From assembly GCA_022448945.1 (NCBI GenBank), contig JAKVCV010000021.1, positions 6,804 through 70,803 on the forward strand: a DNA stretch of 64,000 nucleotides. The letters are read 5' to 3'. The notes beneath the pieces were generated by a model. That model did no database searches. It saw only the letters and a list, made by a program, of their open reading frames with translations, and had not been told where the DNA came from. Positions 58,596-64,000 of the stretch are shown in pieces (the stretch's first letter is position 1; the number at the start of each line of letters is the position of its first letter). This DNA comes from Saprospiraceae bacterium. GTDB taxonomy: Bacteria > Bacteroidota > Bacteroidia > Chitinophagales > Saprospiraceae. The position numbers and the translations under genes were made by a program.

Positions 58596-58863
58596 TGTCT
58601 TTTTTTGTTTGATTTTAGGCTTTAAACAATGGAGATTTTGTAATTGATTTTTGAAAGATTCAAGGTTTTGAATTAATCTGATTTTAAGGGATTATAATTT
58701 GGGTGAAAAATCTTTCTAACTAGAATATAATTAGATGCTGTGAAGAGAAATAAAATGAAAATATAAATTCGGATTAGGTGCTTTATAGTTTTTCGAAATT
58801 GTTTACAGTTAAGTTTATATCTTCAAATATTACTATTGGGCAACAAGATATTGATGTAAATAT

Positions 58864-59337
58864 TTACAAATCTCCGATATCCAAACCCAGCAACCTTTTC
58901 TGAATGTCTGTATACATTGCATCTAATGCAGTATTTCTTAAATTTTGTTCTTCAACTTCTGTTAACCGTTTGGATACTTTTTTCTGGCCCTGACGAAAGT
59001 ATGCTTCAATAAGTTCTATAAGATTAGGGAAAAATTGACTGGGGTAGTCAATATTTACTACAGAATAAGTGTTGGAGTTGATAAGCCTGATTAGGCTATC
59101 TAATTCAGGACGAATAATCATAAGAGCATCGCTGGCTAATTGTGAAATATCAATCTGTAGGTCATTGTCAGTTAATGTAGTATTATGAATATTTTTATTG
59201 ATATACGCATCGTACTTTATTTCCATTGTTTTAAGACGCAGTCTGGCACTGATGGCTTTTTTGTTTGCATCTTTTGTAGTAAATACAGCTGTAATTACTA
59301 CTAAAACAATAATTCCGAGTAAACCGTAAAGTATCAT
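58864..59337 (-). CDS. hypothetical membrane-anchored protein (157 aa)
   Basis: It has an N-terminal TM helix (ILYGLLGIIVLVVITAVF) followed by a helical soluble domain. It sits directly downstream of glpK on the same strand. I recognise no family. Confidence 0.5.
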   Translation of the reverse strand: MILYGLLGIIVLVVITAVFTTKDANKKAISARLRLKTMEIKYDAYINKNIHNTTLTDNDLQIDISQLASDALMIIRPELDSLIRLINSNTYSVVNIDYPSQFFPNLIELIEAYFRQGQKKVSKRLTEVEEQNLRNTALDAMYTDIQKRLLGLDIGDL

Positions 59338-59389
59338 TCTATTATTAATTATAAAGGAAAATTGTATTAGGGATATTCCTTTTTATTAA

Positions 59390-60874
<1,485 letters not shown>

Positions 60875-61018
60875 TTATATTTGCTTAGTGTTTTTATGAA
60901 GTTTCTTTTAATTAAGATGAATTTCTATTTTTACATTAAATGTATTTTTCTGCTTACTCAAGGTATGTAAAGATTATCTTTGACTATTTAGATTTGTTTT
61001 CCTTACAAATAGACAACA

Positions 61019-63448
61019 ATGTACAATAAATTTTGGATTTTATTATTGGCTTTTGCTCCATTTTCTGTTCTAATTTCACAGATTGATTGTAATACAGATC
61101 CTTCATGCAGACACACTAAGGAAATGTTGTTGGAAGCATCGCGTCAATGGAATAATTTACCAAAAGGAATAAATACGAACAAACGCAGTGATACCATTGA
61201 TGTTTTAAACTATTCAGTTACTCTGGATATGACTGATTTTTTGTCTAAAAAAATTCAAGGATACTGTGAAGTACATTTTGTTGCCAGAGTTAATGCTGTT
61301 TCCCGTTTACAACTGGATCTGTTGCAAATGAATATTGATTCCATTATGTTGGGCGCAACAAAACTGGACTTTAATTATAACGATACATTGATAGATATCC
61401 CTTTCCCGAATAACCTTAATGTAGGCGATAGTGCTAAAGTGGTGGTTCATTATAATGGTGCCCCTCAGCATGATAAACTTTGGGGAGGTTTTTATTATAA
61501 AGGCGATTATGCTTACAATATGGGAGTTGGGTTTTTCTCCGATCCACATAATTATGGACGTATATGGCATCCTTGTTTTGATAATTTTGTTGAAAAGGCA
61601 ACTTATACTTTCAATATCAAAACAAGAAGTAATAAAAGGGCACATTGTAATGGTTATTTGCAATCAGAAAATACGGTGGACGGGTATACAACAAGGGTAT
61701 GGATTCTGAAAGATCCTATTCCTACATACCTAGCCAGCATAGCTGTAGGAGATTATACAACAGTAAGACAAGCTCATCAGGGAATAGATGGAGTTGTTCC
61801 TATTGAATTGGCTGCGAATGTTGCAGATACAAATAATTTAAAAAAATCGTTTATAAATCTACCTGCTGCTATTGCTGCATATGAATTTTGGTATGGACCT
61901 CATAGATGGTCAAAAGTGGGCTATTCTTTGGTCCCCTTTCGTTCGGGGGCCATGGAACATGCAACTAATATTAGTTATCCAATTGCTGCAGCAGATGGAA
62001 GTTTGAGAAAGGAATCTCTGATGGCACATGAATTGGGACACAGTTGGTGGGGTAATTTAGTAACCTGTGAATCAGCGACAGATATGTGGGTCAATGAAGG
62101 AATGGCTTCTTATAGTGTACATCTTTTTTGGGAATATTTATATGGAAGAAAACGGTATTTAAAAGAGATAAAAAAGAATCATTATAATGTTCTAAATAAA
62201 GCACATATACAGGAAAAAGGGTACCGTCCTGTTGCAGCAGTTCCCCATAGGTACACCTATGGTATGCATGTGTATAATAAGGGTGCTTCTGTAGTGCATA
62301 ATATGCGTTGGTATCTGGGGGATTCTCTCTTCAGAAAAGGTTTGAACTACATTACAACTAATTATCAATTTAAAAACCTGAATACTGCTGGTTTCAGAGA
62401 TGCCATGACCTTTTCAACTGGTGTGGACATGACCTCCTTTTTTGATGACTGGCTTTTTTTGGGTGGATATCCTCATTTTGAAATCGAAAAGCATGAGTTG
62501 TATAAAAAAGGGGAGGGCTATAAAATAAAATTAGCTATCCATCAAAAGTTGGTAGGCCGAAAGGTTTTTTGTAAGAATATCCCTTTGCAAATCACTTTTT
62601 TGGACAATAATTGGAATAAACATCAGGCAGTTATACGGGTGTCAGGACAAAAGGATTCTGCAACAATTGACCTGCCTTTCAAACCTGTCTCTATTGTTAT
62701 CAATGAAGAACATCGATTAAATCAGGCACGTTACGACTTACAACTTAAATTGACAAAAAAACAAAAAGGAAAGTTGAATGTTGTGAATGAGGACCTGGGA
62801 TTTTACGGTTTTAATATTAAAGCAATCAGTGATTCTGCCTGGTTGCACATGGAGCATCACCCTGTTGCACCTGATTCTATTCGAGTTCCTGATTTCCATA
62901 CAATATCTCAATTGCACTACTGGTCGGTAAAAGGTATTGTACCAGATAATCTCAATCTTGAAGCGGTTCTGTTTCTTGATGATAAACTGGATAAAGATTT
63001 GATGAAATCCTATGGTGCCGACAGTGTGGTTTTATTGTACCGTCTATCAGAAAATGACGCCTGGCAGGAACATCCAAATTATATAAAAAATCAAAGTACT
63101 TCTCTCACTGGTTTTACTTTTTCGGTCCTAAAAGGGGATTATGCTTTTGCCAATGCCCAGATAAAACCCCATATTTTTAAAGCACAAAAAGCGATTGAAT
63201 TCCATACATTTGAATGCAACATAACCGATGCTTCTGTACATTTAAAAATAGCTAGTGTAAATACTCAAAAAATTTGTGCGGAACTGTATAATGCCAAAGG
63301 AAAATGTTTACATCGGAAATCAATTAAAGTTTCAAAGAAAGAAAAGACGCTTGTTTTTCCTCTTAAGAGTTTTAATTCAGGAATATATTTTTTGAAACTC
63401 AGAAACGCTAATGGAAAAATTATTAGGGCAGAAAAGTTGGTGCTGTAG
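61019..63448 (+). CDS. secreted M1-family zinc metallopeptidase (aminopeptidase N-like) with a probable T9SS C-terminal sorting domain
   Basis: It has a signal peptide, the GAMEH exopeptidase motif, the HELGHSWWGN...E zinc site (HExxH-18-E: WVNEGMASY), and a C-terminal beta-sandwich tail ending GIYFLKLRNANGKIIRAEKLVL. Confidence 0.85.
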   Translation: MYNKFWILLLAFAPFSVLISQIDCNTDPSCRHTKEMLLEASRQWNNLPKGINTNKRSDTIDVLNYSVTLDMTDFLSKKIQGYCEVHFVARVNAVSRLQLDLLQMNIDSIMLGATKLDFNYNDTLIDIPFPNNLNVGDSAKVVVHYNGAPQHDKLWGGFYYKGDYAYNMGVGFFSDPHNYGRIWHPCFDNFVEKATYTFNIKTRSNKRAHCNGYLQSENTVDGYTTRVWILKDPIPTYLASIAVGDYTTVRQAHQGIDGVVPIELAANVADTNNLKKSFINLPAAIAAYEFWYGPHRWSKVGYSLVPFRSGAMEHATNISYPIAAADGSLRKESLMAHELGHSWWGNLVTCESATDMWVNEGMASYSVHLFWEYLYGRKRYLKEIKKNHYNVLNKAHIQEKGYRPVAAVPHRYTYGMHVYNKGASVVHNMRWYLGDSLFRKGLNYITTNYQFKNLNTAGFRDAMTFSTGVDMTSFFDDWLFLGGYPHFEIEKHELYKKGEGYKIKLAIHQKLVGRKVFCKNIPLQITFLDNNWNKHQAVIRVSGQKDSATIDLPFKPVSIVINEEHRLNQARYDLQLKLTKKQKGKLNVVNEDLGFYGFNIKAISDSAWLHMEHHPVAPDSIRVPDFHTISQLHYWSVKGIVPDNLNLEAVLFLDDKLDKDLMKSYGADSVVLLYRLSENDAWQEHPNYIKNQSTSLTGFTFSVLKGDYAFANAQIKPHIFKAQKAIEFHTFECNITDASVHLKIASVNTQKICAELYNAKGKCLHRKSIKVSKKEKTLVFPLKSFNSGIYFLKLRNANGKIIRAEKLVL

Positions 63449-63633
63449 CCTATGTGGAGCCTTCTCTACACAAATATATTAAAAACAATCACATAATTAC
63501 TTCCATATATTGGATTTTTTCCAATTTATAGACTCAAAAAAAAACTAACTAATTGAATTTCAGCACTTTGTATTTTGGTGTATTTTTTGTATCAATAACC
63601 CAGCAGGAAATACCTAAAAACACACAAAACACC

Positions 63634-64000
63634 ATGAAAAAAGCAATAATAATAGTATCGATCCTTTTAGGATACTTATTGAATAGTACCGCCCAGCAAG
63701 GGGTCCAAATCGGAGAAGTTTTTGTATTAGCAACTGAAATGACAGAAGCACAGCGTAACGCAATCGCTTCACCAGCCACAGACTTGCTGATTTACCAAAC
63801 AGATGGGACCATGGGCTTATACTATTATTCCGGGACCGTTTGGATATTTCTCCCAAATCCATGCCCCCCTCCTCCGCCCGCCCCAACAGTTGCCATAGGC
63901 GATACGATATACGGTGGCATAGTATTTTGGGTAGACCCCACAGATAATACCAAAGGAAAAGTATGTGCCATGACGGATCAAGGAACTGCAATATGGGGTT
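63634..64000 (+). CDS. secreted hypothetical protein, 3'-truncated by the window edge (DUF1566/Lcl-C-like segment after a Pro-rich linker)
   Basis: This ORF is not in the supplied track because it has no stop inside the window. My translation from the ATG at 63634 runs open to nt 64000: MKKAIIIVSILLGYLLNSTAQQ (signal), TEAQRNAIASPATDLLIYQTDGTMGLYYYSGTVW, PCPPPPPAP, IGDTIYGGIVFWVDPTDNTKGKVCAMTDQG. The two listed minus-strand ORFs here lack any such features. Confidence 0.65.
   Translation, partial: MKKAIIIVSILLGYLLNSTAQQGVQIGEVFVLATEMTEAQRNAIASPATDLLIYQTDGTMGLYYYSGTVWIFLPNPCPPPPPAPTVAIGDTIYGGIVFWVDPTDNTKGKVCAMTDQGTAIWG

Noticed and set aside
63549-63991. Two minus-strand ORFs (76 and 125 aa) at the window end
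   Set aside because: The plus strand carries an open frame with a signal peptide and recognisable conserved segments over the same interval, so the minus-strand ORFs are antisense artefacts.

Overview
Visibly AT-rich (about one-third G+C by eye, not computed) chromosomal segment. The lineage looks like Bacteroidota. This is inferred from T9SS-type C-terminal sorting tails on two secreted enzymes, an XrtF-like exosortase, TAnnTTTG-type -7 boxes, absence of Shine-Dalgarno-like spacing, and the dcw gene order. I support about 50 protein-coding genes, almost all housekeeping. They include the 3' part of a fused 2-oxoacid dehydrogenase E1 gene, accC, an acyl-CoA dehydrogenase, pgk, a FucP/GluP-type MFS sugar symporter, mutS and mutS2, upp, ubiX, glpK, a cyclophilin and an M1 aminopeptidase. 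A near-complete division/cell-wall (dcw) cluster spans 38.6-54.1 kb: mraZ-rsmH-ftsL-ftsI-murE-[cNMP-binding gene]-mraY-murD-ftsW-murC-ftsQ-ftsA-ftsZ. I found no rRNA, tRNA, CRISPR array, transposase, integrase or phage gene, so this reads as core genome rather than an island, and I see no convincing multi-gene defence system. The observations most worth a second look are listed here. (1) An XrtF-like exosortase lacks its usual partner gene and sits beside a 63-aa preprotein that is essentially only a signal peptide, a Gly/Pro spacer and a PEP-CTERM-like tail. (2) A 10-bp-periodic GTGG box array lies on the mraZ promoter, with inverted copies 150-330 bp upstream. (3) The dcw cluster has two anomalies: murG is missing between ftsW and murC, and an HTH-less Crp paralog is inserted between murE and mraY. 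(4) A tandem 68-bp repeat, each copy carrying a perfect 12-bp hairpin, sits in a 650-bp gene-free gap. (5) An identical 17-mer palindrome, TTTTCATTTTGAAAAAA, occurs three times. (6) A decayed alpha-carbonic-anhydrase pseudogene abuts a cat gene. (7) A large TIGR03607-like patatin protein has about 450 aa of unassigned sequence. All product calls come from motif recognition by eye, and no database search was run.
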